Shown here piece after piece: positions 26,727 to 39,314 of a stretch of 64,000 bases of DNA. Position 1 is the first letter of the stretch. Each line of letters opens with the position of its first letter. The stretch is from Lingula anatina. Lineage: Eukaryota; Animalia; Brachiopoda. The stretch spans positions 30,944,401 to 31,008,400 of the forward strand of contig CM120641.1 of NCBI GenBank assembly GCA_051362555.1, given 5' to 3'. The translations under genes were made by a program, and so were the position numbers. Under the pieces are notes generated by a model, which was not told where the DNA came from, did no database searches, and saw only the letters and a list, made by a program, of their open reading frames with translations.

Positions 26727-26973
26727 GACTGGGTTCCCATACCTTGATCAATCCATCCGGATCAGTCTAACTCCCTAAGGAGTCTCACTAGATTGCTATC
26801 AACTTAATCGACTTAATTGTCTGCCAGGAATATCGAACCAACTAGGGGGTAAAGATAATTACCCCCTTACAGCTTTACTAAGCATGACAGACATTTAAAA
26901 CGGTTAAGTTGATAGCAATTTAGTTAGACTCCCCAGGGAGATAGATCAATCCAAATATCTGTGGGACTGTCCC
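26727..26973. mobile_element. Palindromic MITE in repeat B (TAA/CAA flanks); copies at 41398-41644, 44873-45119 and a partial at 42014-42136
   Basis: Interrupts the repeat-B motif gggatctaagtgaccc; has internal inverted repeats. Confidence 0.75.
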
Positions 26974-27541
26974 CAAGTGACCCTTTTAAAAATGATAATT
27001 TCCCAGGAACTATATAAAGTGGTAAGGATCAAAAGGGGATTGAAGAGAACAACAAAGTATAGCAATATCATTTTTGCGCTGACCTTTGATAAGGCTGCGA
27101 TGCTGGAGATCCTGATATGATGTTGAGTTTAGCTGTCCTCAGTGTGATGATAATCCAAAAGACACACCTTCATCTCCGCTGAAAAGAATATATGCAGACT
27201 TATACAGCAGTTGCAACACAGACACGTCACAGTGATCAAAATATATATAAACACATACAGCCACAACATAAACATAGATAGTGATCAGAATTTATACAGA
27301 CACATACAGCCTCACAAAATTCAATGCACTCTAAGGCTGCATTCACATGCAATGTCTATTTTCTAAATTCTATTTTCTATTCGCGGTATGTCTTATGATC
27401 ACGGTCTGTGCCCTGAATATCCCGCGGCGTAATTACTGGCAGTGCGAGCCAGTTACTTATACGAAGCTGTAATTAATTCTCGGCGGTGCTCAGAGGAGAT
27501 TCTGATACCTTGACACATGCGCAGTAGGAAGTTAGCAAGTT

Positions 27542-27927
27542 ATGGCAACCGCGATTGCTTTGAAAAATGTGTTTGTCGATTTTGTGCAACAACAAGATGA
27601 AGAAGATGAAGAAGCTATACACACAACAGATGTGAGTACAACCGTCATGATCCGATGGCAAGTGATGCGGCAACGGAGGATGAGATTTTATAGAATGCGA
27701 GCTAGGAGGCGAAAACTGTTGATGCTGCTTTTGTTGTCTGTGCTGCTTGTTTCACCTGAGAGGACTATATGGTCTCGGGAAAGGTAATGTTTGCTATTCT
27801 TATCAACAGGGAATGTTTCAACAGTGTGACATTTTCCTCGTGTTCGTTTCCTTACACGACTTCACGATTTCAATGTATTATGGACCCCAAATTCTAAAAT
27901 CCAGATGAGGTGAATCGTCAGGTATAA

Positions 27928-27958
<31 letters not shown>

Positions 27959-28137
27959 ACACACAAAAAAAAAAGTTTGAGAAATATAAAGTGTGTGAAA
28001 CGGTAACTAAGGCGAAAATATACATGTGTACACCTAGCTAAGGTAAATGTATTTACTTATAATAATAATTTATTGAGCACTAAAATGTTTCAGTACATTT
28101 TGCAGGCCCTGTAAACTACTTGTGTTATACATACATG

Positions 28138-28213
<76 letters not shown>

Positions 28214-30081
28214 GAAACCATTATATTAACATTGTTCATATGCAAGAATAATTTTGTTATAGAACAGTCTCAACAATAAACAAGGGAATTATATTCAAGC
28301 CTGATTTCTTTTTATACTAGAAATGTATGCATAATGCATTTCTTTGTATTTATTGTTATGTAGTTTTATTGTTTTAGGTCAAGCCATTGGATGGAGAGAA
28401 TCGTTAATGAAATATTTGATGATAGGGACTGGCAAGAAAGTTTCAGAATGAGGCGGGAGACATTTGAATATCTGGTCAACGAATTAGCTCTGCATTTACC
28501 AACACCTGGGATGTGGAGGTAGGTTATGATCTTACGGGACACTGATATTTTAATTTCTATCGGTAAGAAAGAAACCTGTAATAAATAATTGTATAGATAA
28601 TAAAACTGCCAACATACCATTGTAGATTTCCATTATAAGCATCTTCTATGCTTGAGTATGAAACAGAATTTAGATGTTTAGTTTTTATGTTTGTCAGCAT
28701 TTTTTTCCACTGAGCAAAAGATAGATGTTGCATGGTGACTATAAGAATGCTTCTGTGCTTGATCCTGTCATAATAAATATTGAATTGCAGGATTTTAGGG
28801 TGTTTTAGTTATAGAAATTGTGTGGAATGTTTCTTGTGTTTGATATTTGGTGTTTAAATTTCAGATCGATTTCTATGCGACGACGTGTGGCTGTTACCCT
28901 GTGGATTCTGGCACACAGCACAGACTACGCGACAGTGGGGCATCTGTTTGGGCTGGGCCGCTCAACAGTGTGCATGATATTCAGACACACGGTGTTGGCT
29001 TTGGCAACACACATTGCTCCCCTGTACATACAAATGGGGAGAGGCTCGATGCCATTGTGAGGGGGTTTGAGGAAACATGGGGGATGCCTCACTGTGTAGG
29101 GGCCATGGATGGGACGCATATTCCAATTGTGGCACCATTGGAGCACAAGGGAGATTATTACAATAGGAAGGGATTTTATTCCCTTGTTGCTCAGGTAAAA
29201 AATAGACTTGTGATAGCTAGCAATAACAATATTGTTTTAGCAATACTTAGAAATAGAACACTAAATTAATAGTAATAAACGTGAGACTATTATATTAGTA
29301 TTTTAATTTTCTGTTTACTAAGTGTAGAATTTCCTAAATAAAGATATTAAAGTCTCACATCTAACTACCCCCCCAAATTTTTTTTTTCATAAGCTGACTA
29401 AAAATGATTAATTTGGGGATAAGAAACTTTCTGACCTTGCTGTATCCTTCCTTCAGTGAAAATATATTTTAGTCATTACGTGGCATGAGCTTGATATTTT
29501 TTCCATTTTAGGTTGTGTGTGACCATGAGACCAGAGTGTTGGATGTCATTGTGGGGTGGCCCGGCAGTGTCCATGATGCCAGGGTTTTGGCAAATTCGAA
29601 TGTCTACAGGAAGGCAGAAGAGGGGAGGCTGTTCCCAATGGATGATCAACATGTAAGAAACACTGAAGGAATAGATGTCCCATTGTTTATTTTGGGAGAT
29701 TCTGCCTACCGGCTGAAGCCCTACCTAATGAGGCCCTTCCCAGATAATGGACACTTAAATAGGCTGCATACTAATTTTAATTATAGACATTCTCGGGCAA
29801 GGATACCCATCGAATGTTGTTTTGGGAGGACAAAAAAGAAGTGGAGTATTCTCCAATATCGTATTGTCTTTGACACTGAATTTGTTTCGCATCTTTTAAT
29901 GGCATGTTTTGCTTTACATAACATTTCTTTAGTTCACAAACATGAAATTAATTTTGAGTTTATTTTGCAAGTGGAGCAGGACCGTGAACATAGAGGGTAT
30001 CATCCACCGCCTAGAGAGGAGAGGGCACGGTTTCGAGGAAAAGATATAAGGGAATCGTTAATGGGGTTTTTCAATAGATAG
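27542..30081 (+). pseudogene. Harbinger (HARBI1-like) DDE transposase; exons 27542-27783, 28378-28518, 28865-29194, 29512-30081; frameshift near 29035
   Basis: GT-AG introns with consistent phases. Motifs WQESFRMRRETF, VGHLFGLGRSTV, GAMDGTHI, YYNRKGFYS, GSVHDARV, GDSAY, IECCFG. Confidence 0.93.
28139..28208. repeat. (TA)n microsatellite in transposase intron 1
   Basis: Direct reading. Confidence 0.95.
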
Positions 30082-30839
30082 ACTTTCTTCCTCCATTTTA
30101 GGATAGTAGTTCTGTTTTTGAATAGTTTGAATTACCTGACCTAAAAACAAAAATTGGTTACAGAAAATAATAAACTTATTTATTACTTTCATTGTCTCTT
30201 CTCTTGTATTTTTAAGACTGTGGCATATGCAGATAATGTGTGCATTTACCGAAAGTAACAATGAGGTATTACGGTATTTTGTTTACCATGGGTATATTCT
30301 CAATTTTGGATTAATTTGTTATCTCTACTCTCCACCCATTATAAGGGTTAAAATGCAGTAATTTATAGGACATTTACAATTTGCTGGATTACACCCTAGG
30401 TTCAAGATGCAGGCATTGCAAGCTCAATTTTTATTTCTTCTTTAACTTGCTGCAGATTCGAAAGTGCACACCGCAAAACAGCAATGACGCAAGGTATCAC
30501 AAAGCATTGGCTAAAATTTGGTGATATTAAAAAACAGGTGTCAAGGAATTGTACTTTCTGTACAAAATGGCAATCCTGATTTGTGAAGTTTAAGTAACAA
30601 AAAGGACAATGTTTTCTTGGATAGATAGCAAGGCATGGGTTAAAGATAAGGACTAACAAGTCCAGGGAAACTACCCTGAGGTTATTCTTTTCTTACTTTC
30701 CTGACCTCTGTTACTAAAATTATAAATTAACCTCTTACTCTGGTAAAATATGGAATGTGAATTCTACAGATACAAAGATCAACATATAAGCGGTATCCAG
30801 CTGTGGTAAGTGTATTTATGTAGTCCTTGAAAGTAAGCA

Positions 30840-31235
30840 TCTTTTTCAGATGCCCCTCACTCAATTTAAGGTACCCTCCCCTTTACCAAAAAATAAATGA
30901 AATTCTACATGAAAGTAAGACCTCTTTTAAAACACAAAAAGAAAAGCTGTCCCTATTTCTCTACGGTCATGGATCTTTATCACCCGCCCAAAATGAAATT
31001 ATCTTCGAAACTGTTGCAAATTTTCTTCTCGAAAACTTTGTCATCACTTAATAGGTACTATCTCTTTTCTTCTTCTTTCTTTCTGTACTTAATTTGTGCT
31101 CCATAATATTTGTATATATGTATATATGTATCCATTTGTTTTATTTATTTACTTATTTAATTTTGTGGAGAGCATATAATGCTTCCAGCGCCTTGCCTCC
31201 ATTTCTTTTTTTTTTGAATAAACGTTGTTAAAAAA
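30840..31235 (+). mobile_element. 5'-truncated LINE 3' end (CR1-like) with poly(A) and 10-bp TSD AAAGTAAGCA
   Basis: FFRCP...LFLYG..SLS..QN..IF..V..F C-terminal motif; AATAAA followed by an A-tail; TSD at 30830-30839 and 31236-31245. Confidence 0.75.
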
Positions 31236-32024
31236 AAAGTAAGCAAAACAACCTGTTGTAACCATTTGCCATTTATTGGTTTTAATAAACAATAAATTTG
31301 ATTAGATATGTGTGTGCTCATTGATCGACAGATTGACAAATTGCCATTGTGAAGTTCAACATAGTGACTACTCAGGATATGGAATGAGTAGACACACGAT
31401 TGTTTTACTGTCCAAGAAAGAACAAATTATTTTTAAAAGCATGTTTTGTTTCGAGTAGAAGCCTGATCATACCTTTAATTTATAATATCAATTCGACCTT
31501 TAAATGGCACTTGCCAAAAGTTTTTTCATTGCAACCAAGGATATAGTTAGTCGTTTTTGTACCAACAATGATTTACCTTTTGTTTCTACAACCTTGTAAA
31601 TGGTTCACACTTTGAAGTGGAATCATGTGCTCTTCCTAACAAGGAAAGGATACTCTCACTGTAATCATGCAATCTTGCAAGAATGTGTCCTTATCTTATA
31701 AAACTTTTGTGGAATGGCCGTTCAATTTTTAATTTGCATAAGAAGACGCATCATTTCAAGCTGGTGCTGTCTTTCTCTTTCCTTCTCTTCTTGTCGTTCC
31801 TGTCGTTGCCTCTCCTCTCTCTCTCGATCCATTGCCCGTTGACGGTCTTCTCTATCAAACATTTTCATCTGCATTTCCTGTTCTGCCTTCAGTCTCTTTT
31901 CTTCGAACTCAAGAGGTGAAGCGCGTTCTTTTCTCATTTCGTCCACCATCGACTCCCACAATTCGCTAAAGGTTTCCCCAGTTTATCTTCGCTCTCTGGT
32001 GCCTGGAAAGAAATAATCGCAGAT

Positions 32025-32192
32025 CAGGCCCATAGCCAGAAATTTCAAAAGGGGGGTTCTTTTTCTGAAAAAGTGGACCGTTTACCATGAAACTTTCATG
32101 TACCTTAATTAAACTTCACCCAGAGGGGACCTATTCCCTGCAAAAGGGGGGTTCTTTCGAACCCCCCGAACCCCCCCCTGGCTACGGGCCTG
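32025..32192 (+). mobile_element. Third copy of the CAGGCCC.TAGCC MITE, TSD CAGAT
   Basis: CAGAT-CAGGCCCATAGCCAG...CTGGCTACGGGCCTG-CAGAT. Confidence 0.9.
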
Positions 32193-32207
32193 CAGATATT
32201 AACCCAT

Positions 32208-32834
32208 TGTAGCCCTCATCATCAAAACAAACGGCAGCCATACTGGAGGGAGACCGGAATCGTCTGCTGTGCATGATCATGTCTACATGTACAATTTAGC
32301 ATTTAATTTCTGTGTTTTCTTTGATATTAAACCGAGTAAAATGATGAATTACAGCAGGGTATATGATAGAGAGAAGATAACTAACTTTACAAGCGTTCAC
32401 AGACTGCCTGCAGTGGTAACAATCCAAGGTGTAGGGACGAAAACCGTAAACGGAGGAGAGACTGAGGAGTGGCCTTGAATCAAGACTCATCGGACAAGTA
32501 AAGGATAAAACTAATTTATTTTACAGCAAAGAATGAAGACCCAGCTGTGCAGCCTTAACCATAAAAGAAAAAAAGTAGAAAACCAAAGACCGAGGTGTAT
32601 TAGATATGAGCGCACGTACACTGCATATTAGTAGCGCCCAAAAAGTCTTGGTGGAGAGTGTGTTGTAAAAACGTGTGGAAATACCCAGGCAAGGTTTCGA
32701 CATTCATTATGAAGACTCACTTATTGCCTTGGGTGTAATTTGTTATCAGTTATGGTGCTCTTTGGATTTTATCTGCTGTCATCTACCTCTTTAATACCTG
32801 GTTAGCATTATTGTCAATTAGTGTCAAGGCTACA
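32208..32834 (-). mobile_element. Possible solo LTR
   Basis: TGTAGCC...GGCTACA ends, with TATA-like and AATAAA signals on the minus strand. The flanks (CCAT and GTAC) do not form a TSD. Confidence 0.45.
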
Positions 32835-35800
32835 GTACAATGTACACAGCTCAGCTGGGCCAATTAAATCAATTACATGTACCTGTGTCATGTGTATTTG
32901 GAAGTTAGTGGCTTGATTTTAGATTTAGTGTAGTGTTAAGAGTAAATCCGTTTTGTAAGTATATATTCTAGCTCAGGTACCATTTAATTGAATGAACTTA
33001 ATGAAATAAATTTGAAAAATGTTGAATTCTGTGTTTTCCTACTGTATTATGATGCAAGTTACAATATGAATAAAAATAACTATTACTTTTTTTTTGTTAA
33101 TTTACATTTAGGAAATTGATCTGACATTTTCCCACCAAGCCACACTGAATGATTGGGTGCAAATAAATCTTGGTTATCAAAAAATAAAATAAAAATAAAA
33201 AAAAAATAAAAAAAAAAACAAAAAAAAAAAACAACAGGTGACAGGTACAAAAGGCAGCTAGATGGCACACAAGGTAGAAGCAGCGAAAAAAATATTCTTA
33301 TATCTTTGTGACCAGCTGAGGAGACAGGATCTGAACATCAGGAGAGTGAAATTCAGTGCATGACAGGAGTTATTTAATTGGATTTGTTTATTTATTTAAT
33401 TGTTCATTTGTTGTTTTAAAGTTGTTATCCTGATAGCTTGCATACAACAAGGACAGGTATTCTATTTATTTAGAATTGTGAGCAGAAGCACAAGAAGAAA
33501 CGAAAACACTTTTTCTTTCTCATATTTTTAAAGGCTAAATGAAAAAGTTTGCAAGAAATATAAAATTTTGTATGGTGCACCTCCCACAGATGGTCTGATA
33601 TGCAGAAACAGATGGCTGTTGTACATGTAGGTTGTGCATTTTTAAATTGTGACCACCAGTTGTGGAATATTCTCCTAAATAAAATTACAAACTGCTTAGT
33701 AACACCATCTAAGGCCTTATATGTACATATACCCACACACAATTATTGCACACAGCACATATCAATTGTGAGTCTTCAATCAAGCATTTCTCTAGACATA
33801 GATTAAAAATATACTAAACAGGTTCCTCAAATTATGGTGGCTTGATTCGACTTAATATGCTCATGTACATGTTGCATTGCATCATTAAAAGTATGGAAAT
33901 ATTTTTCATGTCAGTGTTATCAACCAAAAGGAAAGGGACCCTGATAATCTGTCATTGAATTGTGCAACAATGTTTTGCATTTTATGTTTACTTTTATTCA
34001 TACAAAATGGGCATTTTCCTGTATTTTCAATCAAATAAAGACCAATTCGTGAATTGACTTGTTGTTATGTTACATTGAATGTCAAAAGTTTGAAAAATAC
34101 ATTGCTTCTGTGAAGGTCTGGACTTATAATAAAATGCTAACAATGTTGCTTATGTGAATGGTTGAATTCATGGTAAAATATTGAACTCTCAAACAACAGT
34201 CATGTTACAAATACTTCCTAATGAACCAAAATGAAGCACAAGAATGCTGAAATAATTCCTGACAGCTTCATGATGTACAGTTAAATCATATCTGACAGCA
34301 ATATTTCTTGTCACAACCCTGCATACTGTCTTCTTTGATCCCGATGGTCAGCTCAAATTTCTCCTTATATCTATCCTTTATGTAAAAAGTTGCCTCTATA
34401 AAAGGTTGAACTTATGATTACACAGTAAACTCTCTAAAACTATAACTGTTATTACCCAATGAACAAGAAAAGTGAAGTAGCTTCTGACAATTCCACAATG
34501 TTGGGATACAGGGGTAGGTCAGGATTTCACGTTTTTGGACTGTCTTGAGTTTATATGGGTTGCTCACGCTGATCAGCTGAAGTTTTCACATGTATATACT
34601 ATTTTCCTTTTGGTGTACTTGTTCGCGATATGAAGATTATTTCATTTTATTTGGTTCACCTATATTTACGCTACTATTCCCCGTCGTTCTTTCCCTTCAG
34701 TATGGCCGCTGGACTAGTGTTACGGAGCAAATATGACGTCACTGTAATCGGTTAATAGTGTATAGCAAAATCAAGATTTAATATAAACCTTAAATATTCA
34801 ACAATGGGACAGGTCACGGCTGACTGTTCAGAGGGACTTTTTCCTATTCATCCTTTAATGCACAACATATAATTCACAAAAGAAGTGTAACATCAATTTC
34901 ATGAATTATCATGTATACTGGTTAGTGGTAGGTACATTTTAATAATCTAATCTGCTAGACTAGCTCATTAATAATATTATAAACACAGTAAGAAAAACAC
35001 ATATGTCACCAGGATCTTTCAAATATGAATGCAAACCAACAACTTTGTGCTTCAGTTTAAAATAGCCTTTTGAGAAAAAACATATTTAAACATACCAGTA
35101 CCACCTCTTCTCAGAGGAATAAAGCTGTCAGCGCTACTCGTTGAGCTGAAGCTGGCACTCCTTTGGCGTTCACTAGGAGACCCCAGTGGTTCCACAGCGT
35201 CATCCAGCTCTTCCTCCTCGTCAATATTTTCATCACCATCCTCAAAAATATCATCTGGGAGTTCTCATCTGTAATACAATCAAAAATATACCTGTTACAT
35301 ATAGTTATTTCAATCCATATTGTCTTATTAAAATAGCTGTACTAAAGTTATATGTAAAAAGCAGGCCAGAGTGGAAATAAAATGTAAACAAATGACCTTA
35401 TTTAAATGCCCTCTAGAAGAAAAACAACTTTTCCAAACATAACTGTTACCATATAAGAATGAGCTTTAATAATCATCTGTGTTCAGGCAAAGTGGAAAAT
35501 GGCTTTTTTTGTTGCAATAAACATCAAAAGGAGTAGTACTATCAAGATGACAGATTGTATCACTTTCTAAAGGTGGCATGTTTGCAGAATGCCAGGAGCA
35601 AGCTACTGGAAGAAAAAGGTAATTATACTTAATTGTTTGTTTGTGGATGCCAGGAAGATGGATCTACAAACAAAGGACATTACAACATTGACTCCCCAAA
35701 TCTTCTCATTCACCTGGCTTGTCAATTTTTAATGGCTTACCTGTGGCTTGGGTGCTTGTACTTGTATCTAGCAAGTTGCGGAGCATTTGCAATGGGCGAT

Positions 35801-35973
35801 TTCCAAGTATCTTGTCAAGTTCATCAAAATGCTTGCACGTTTTGTGCCCCCTACCACTACGACTGAAAAAAATATAAAGAAAGAATCACATGAAGATATA
35901 ATGAACACATGGATATTGGTAATCAACAGTAACAGCACCCGAGAGACGAATCACAAGATAGGCCTACCATATG

Positions 35974-38189
35974 AACAAGGCAGCAAAGCTGTCAAATGTA
36001 CAGACAAAAAGCAGGAAATAACAAAATAGGCTACTGTCAATTCTGATGTAAAAGTACATTATGTTAAACTGCAAATTCAACATCAAATTTTAATTATGCT
36101 CAACAGGTAATACCAATGTAAGTAAAATGTGTAACAAGCATAAGGCTTCAGGCCCATGGGAGTTCAAGTTCACACTTTGAAAATGTAAAACTTTCAGAAA
36201 AAGAAGTCAATTAGACTGCTTTTCCAACTCGAGCTGCATTTTAGTCCTATGTTTCTTTTTTAAAAGTCTGACAATCATAAGTAATATGGTTTTCCCATGA
36301 TGGTCATCATGGCAGCAATACCCAAAATTGTGTTTTCTATTTTGATGCAATATTTCATAATGCTTAACAGCATAAAGAATGAAAATTTTAATAATAAAAT
36401 ATACGTATCGTGGATTTTCAGAAAATGTGACTAGCATGGGTCTTCAAGCCCAAGGCGGTTCTAAGTCACACCTTGAAATTGCCAATATGTGAAAAATTAA
36501 ATTTTCACAAAAAACTGATTAACTGCCAGAAAAATTTACCAAATAGACTGCACTGCCTAATGAAACTGTATTTTAGTCCCATGTTTATTTCCTGTAAGTT
36601 TGAGAACAGTAAGTGACATGGTTTTCCTTAAATGGTCATCAAGGGAGCAGTGTCCAAAATAGGGGTTTCTTCAAATTTTGATGCAATATTACATAATGTT
36701 TAACAGGATAATAACCATCAATTTTTAATAATAAAATATTAGTATCATGGATATTCAGAAAATGTGACTAGCAAAGGTCTTCAGGCCCATGGAACTTCAA
36801 AGTCACACCTTGAAAATGCCAAAATGTAGACAAGACAGCACTGTCCTAAAATGCATTTTTTCCATTTTTAACAATTTTTTAACATATAACAAAATTAACA
36901 CTTTACTGCCATTTTTATATGATCAACTAAGAAAATTGATGAGATGGGAAAAATATCAATAGAACAGTGTTTAATGTCCAATTTCCTCCATTCTGAGTTT
37001 CTGAACATTGTGAATGAATGAATGAATCTGACAAACTGCAATGATAAGAGTTTATTTCCATTTTTGAAACTCTATTATACAATACATGATAACAAGCTTA
37101 CCATCATTTTTTCATAATCAACTAACAATGTTGTAAAGATGCAGGAAATGTTAAACAAAGACTTTAACGTATCTTATTAGTTAAATAATGAGACTGTAAA
37201 CATGCCTAAGAATTGAATCTGAGGAAATGTGAAACAAGACAGTACTGTTATGAAATGGGTTTATTTCCATTTTTAACACTTTTTTAACATAAAACAAAAT
37301 TAACAGTTTACTGCCATTTTTATATGATCAACTAAGAAAGTTGATGAGATGTGAAAAATATCAATAGAACAGTGTCAAATGTCCAATTTCCTCCATTCTG
37401 AGTTTCTGAACATAATGAATGATTGAATCTTACAAACTGCAATGATATGAGTTTATTTCCATTTTTGACACTTTATTACACAATACACGATAACAAGTTT
37501 ACCATCATTTTTACATAATCAACTAACAATGTTGTAAAGATGCAGGAAATGTCAAACAAACACTTTTACATATCTTATTTATTAAATAATGAGACTGTTA
37601 ACATGCCTAAGAATTGAATCTGAAGAAATGTGAAAAAACAGCATAACTTATAAAATAATGGCCCGATTATGCTGATTTTCGAACTTGACCTGCGTTTTAG
37701 TAAGATTGATTACTCCTGTGAGTTTCATGACAACAGGCCTATCGGTTTTCTTTGAAATGTGTTAACAGTGTTGCATATATGCTGAAAAGTGAAAAAAACA
37801 GCATAACTACTAAAATGGTGGCCCGATCATGCCGATTTTCGAACTTCACCTGCGTTTTAGTAAGATTGATTACTCCTGTGAGTTTCATGACAACAGGCCT
37901 ATCGGTTTTCTTTGAAATGTGTTAACAGTGTTGCATATATGCTGAAAAGTGAAAAAACTGCATAAATTCTACATTCATGGCCCGATCATGCTGATTTTCG
38001 AACTTGACCTGCGTTTTATGAATATTCATCAGCTCTGTAAATATAAAGCCAAAAAGTAAAACTGTCTTCCACTTATGGTGTTAACGCTGAAAGTGCACGG
38101 CGACGGCGACATCGACGGCGACATGAACGGCGACGACAGACGCAGGTGATGGCAATATGTACAGACACATCTGTGTCTGTACATAAAAA
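35974..38189 (+). mobile_element. Helentron-like HINE with internal ~404-bp and ~160-bp tandem repeats, inside Myb gene intron 1
   Basis: 5' AACAAGGCAGCAAAGCTGTCAAATGTACAGACA; CGACGG microrepeats; perfect hairpin ATGTACAGACACA-TC-TGTGTCTGTACAT at 38157-38184. Confidence 0.78.
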
Positions 38190-39213
38190 TAAGAAGGTGA
38201 ATGAAGTCGAAAATCTGACAGTGTAATTGATAATTGCAAAATTCAAAAGAAACTCACTTGTTTTTGTCTTTTACTTTTTTGTAGTTCTTTAACTTTCTGA
38301 TTCTGTTCTGGCAAGCCTGGCCCGAACGATCAACACCGTAATCCTTTCTCAGCCGCTCCACAATCTTTCTGAATACCTGAACATTAGTGAAATGCACACA
38401 CGCAAAATGTGCTTGCATATCTTCCTCCCCCCAGATGTTGATGAGTGCGACAGTCTCAGCATCTGTCCAATTTTCCACACCCTTTGACCTTCCTCCAAAT
38501 TGTTTTGCACTACCACTAGCCATATTACGTGTCTGTATGCTTGAGTCGTCACAACTAAACTGATGAACTCCACAACTTAGAGATACTACTGCGCATGAGT
38601 CAAGGTATCAGAATCTCCTCCGAGCACAGCCGAGAATTAATTACAGCTTTGTATAAGTAACTGGCTCGCGCTTCCAGTAATTACGCCGCGGGATATTCAG
38701 GGCACAGACCGTGATCATAAGACATACCGCGAATAGAAAAAAGAATTCAGAAAATAGACATTGCATGTGAATGAAGCCTAAGGCATCAGAATATAAACAT
38801 AAAATTCAATGTTTATATACAGGGATTGGAATGACTGTCAGAAAATTTTGATTACGTTCACGAGTTCACATTAACCTTTTAAACTCTAAACATATATAAA
38901 TCTCTAAGTGACCCTTTTATAAAACATACATAGATAGTGATCAGAATATAAATAGACACGTACAGTGTAACAAAAGACACTGTGAGGCATGAGAATATAA
39001 ACATTGAATTTAAAGTTCATATATAGGGATTTAAATGACTGGCAGTAATTCTTGCTCACCCCCACAAGTTCACATTAACCCTTCTAACATATATATAAAA
39101 CTGAGTGGGATCTAAGTGTCCCTATAACAAAGTGATATATTCCCAGTTATTATATCATATTATATAGTGGTGATGGCCACAAAGGGTTTGAAGAGAACAC
39201 AATAAACATTGAA

Positions 39214-39314
<101 letters not shown>

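Larger units (their letters stand above)
24860..27334. repeat. Complex repeat family B (left block)
   Basis: Recurring gcactgacctgtgctgaggc / ccttcatctctgctgaaatcag blocks interleaved with family-A-like 21/28-bp modules. Confidence 0.85.
31722..38523 (-). pseudogene. Harbinger Myb/SANT (MADF/trihelix-like) DNA-binding protein; exons 38523-38258, 35862-35741, ~35268-35096, 32002-31722
   Basis: WTDAETVALINIW...RSGQACQNRIRKLK; spliced to RSGRGHKTCKHFDELDKILGNRP; acidic middle exon; E/R-rich coiled-coil end. Apparent frameshift in exon 3 and in-frame TAA in exon 4. Confidence 0.88.
27335..38778 (+). mobile_element. Full-length PIF/Harbinger DNA transposon (11.4 kb, ~190-bp TIRs, TAA TSD)
   Basis: TAA-GGCTGCATTCACATGCAATG...CATTGCATGTGAATGAAGCC-TAA. 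The flanks rebuild the repeat-B motif gcactctaa.gcatcag. Contains transposase and Myb/SANT genes. Confidence 0.96.

Noticed and set aside
27542-38523. Domesticated host HARBI1/NAIF1-like gene pair
   Set aside because: Intact TIRs and TSD within a satellite, plus frameshifts and a stop, indicate a transposon copy.
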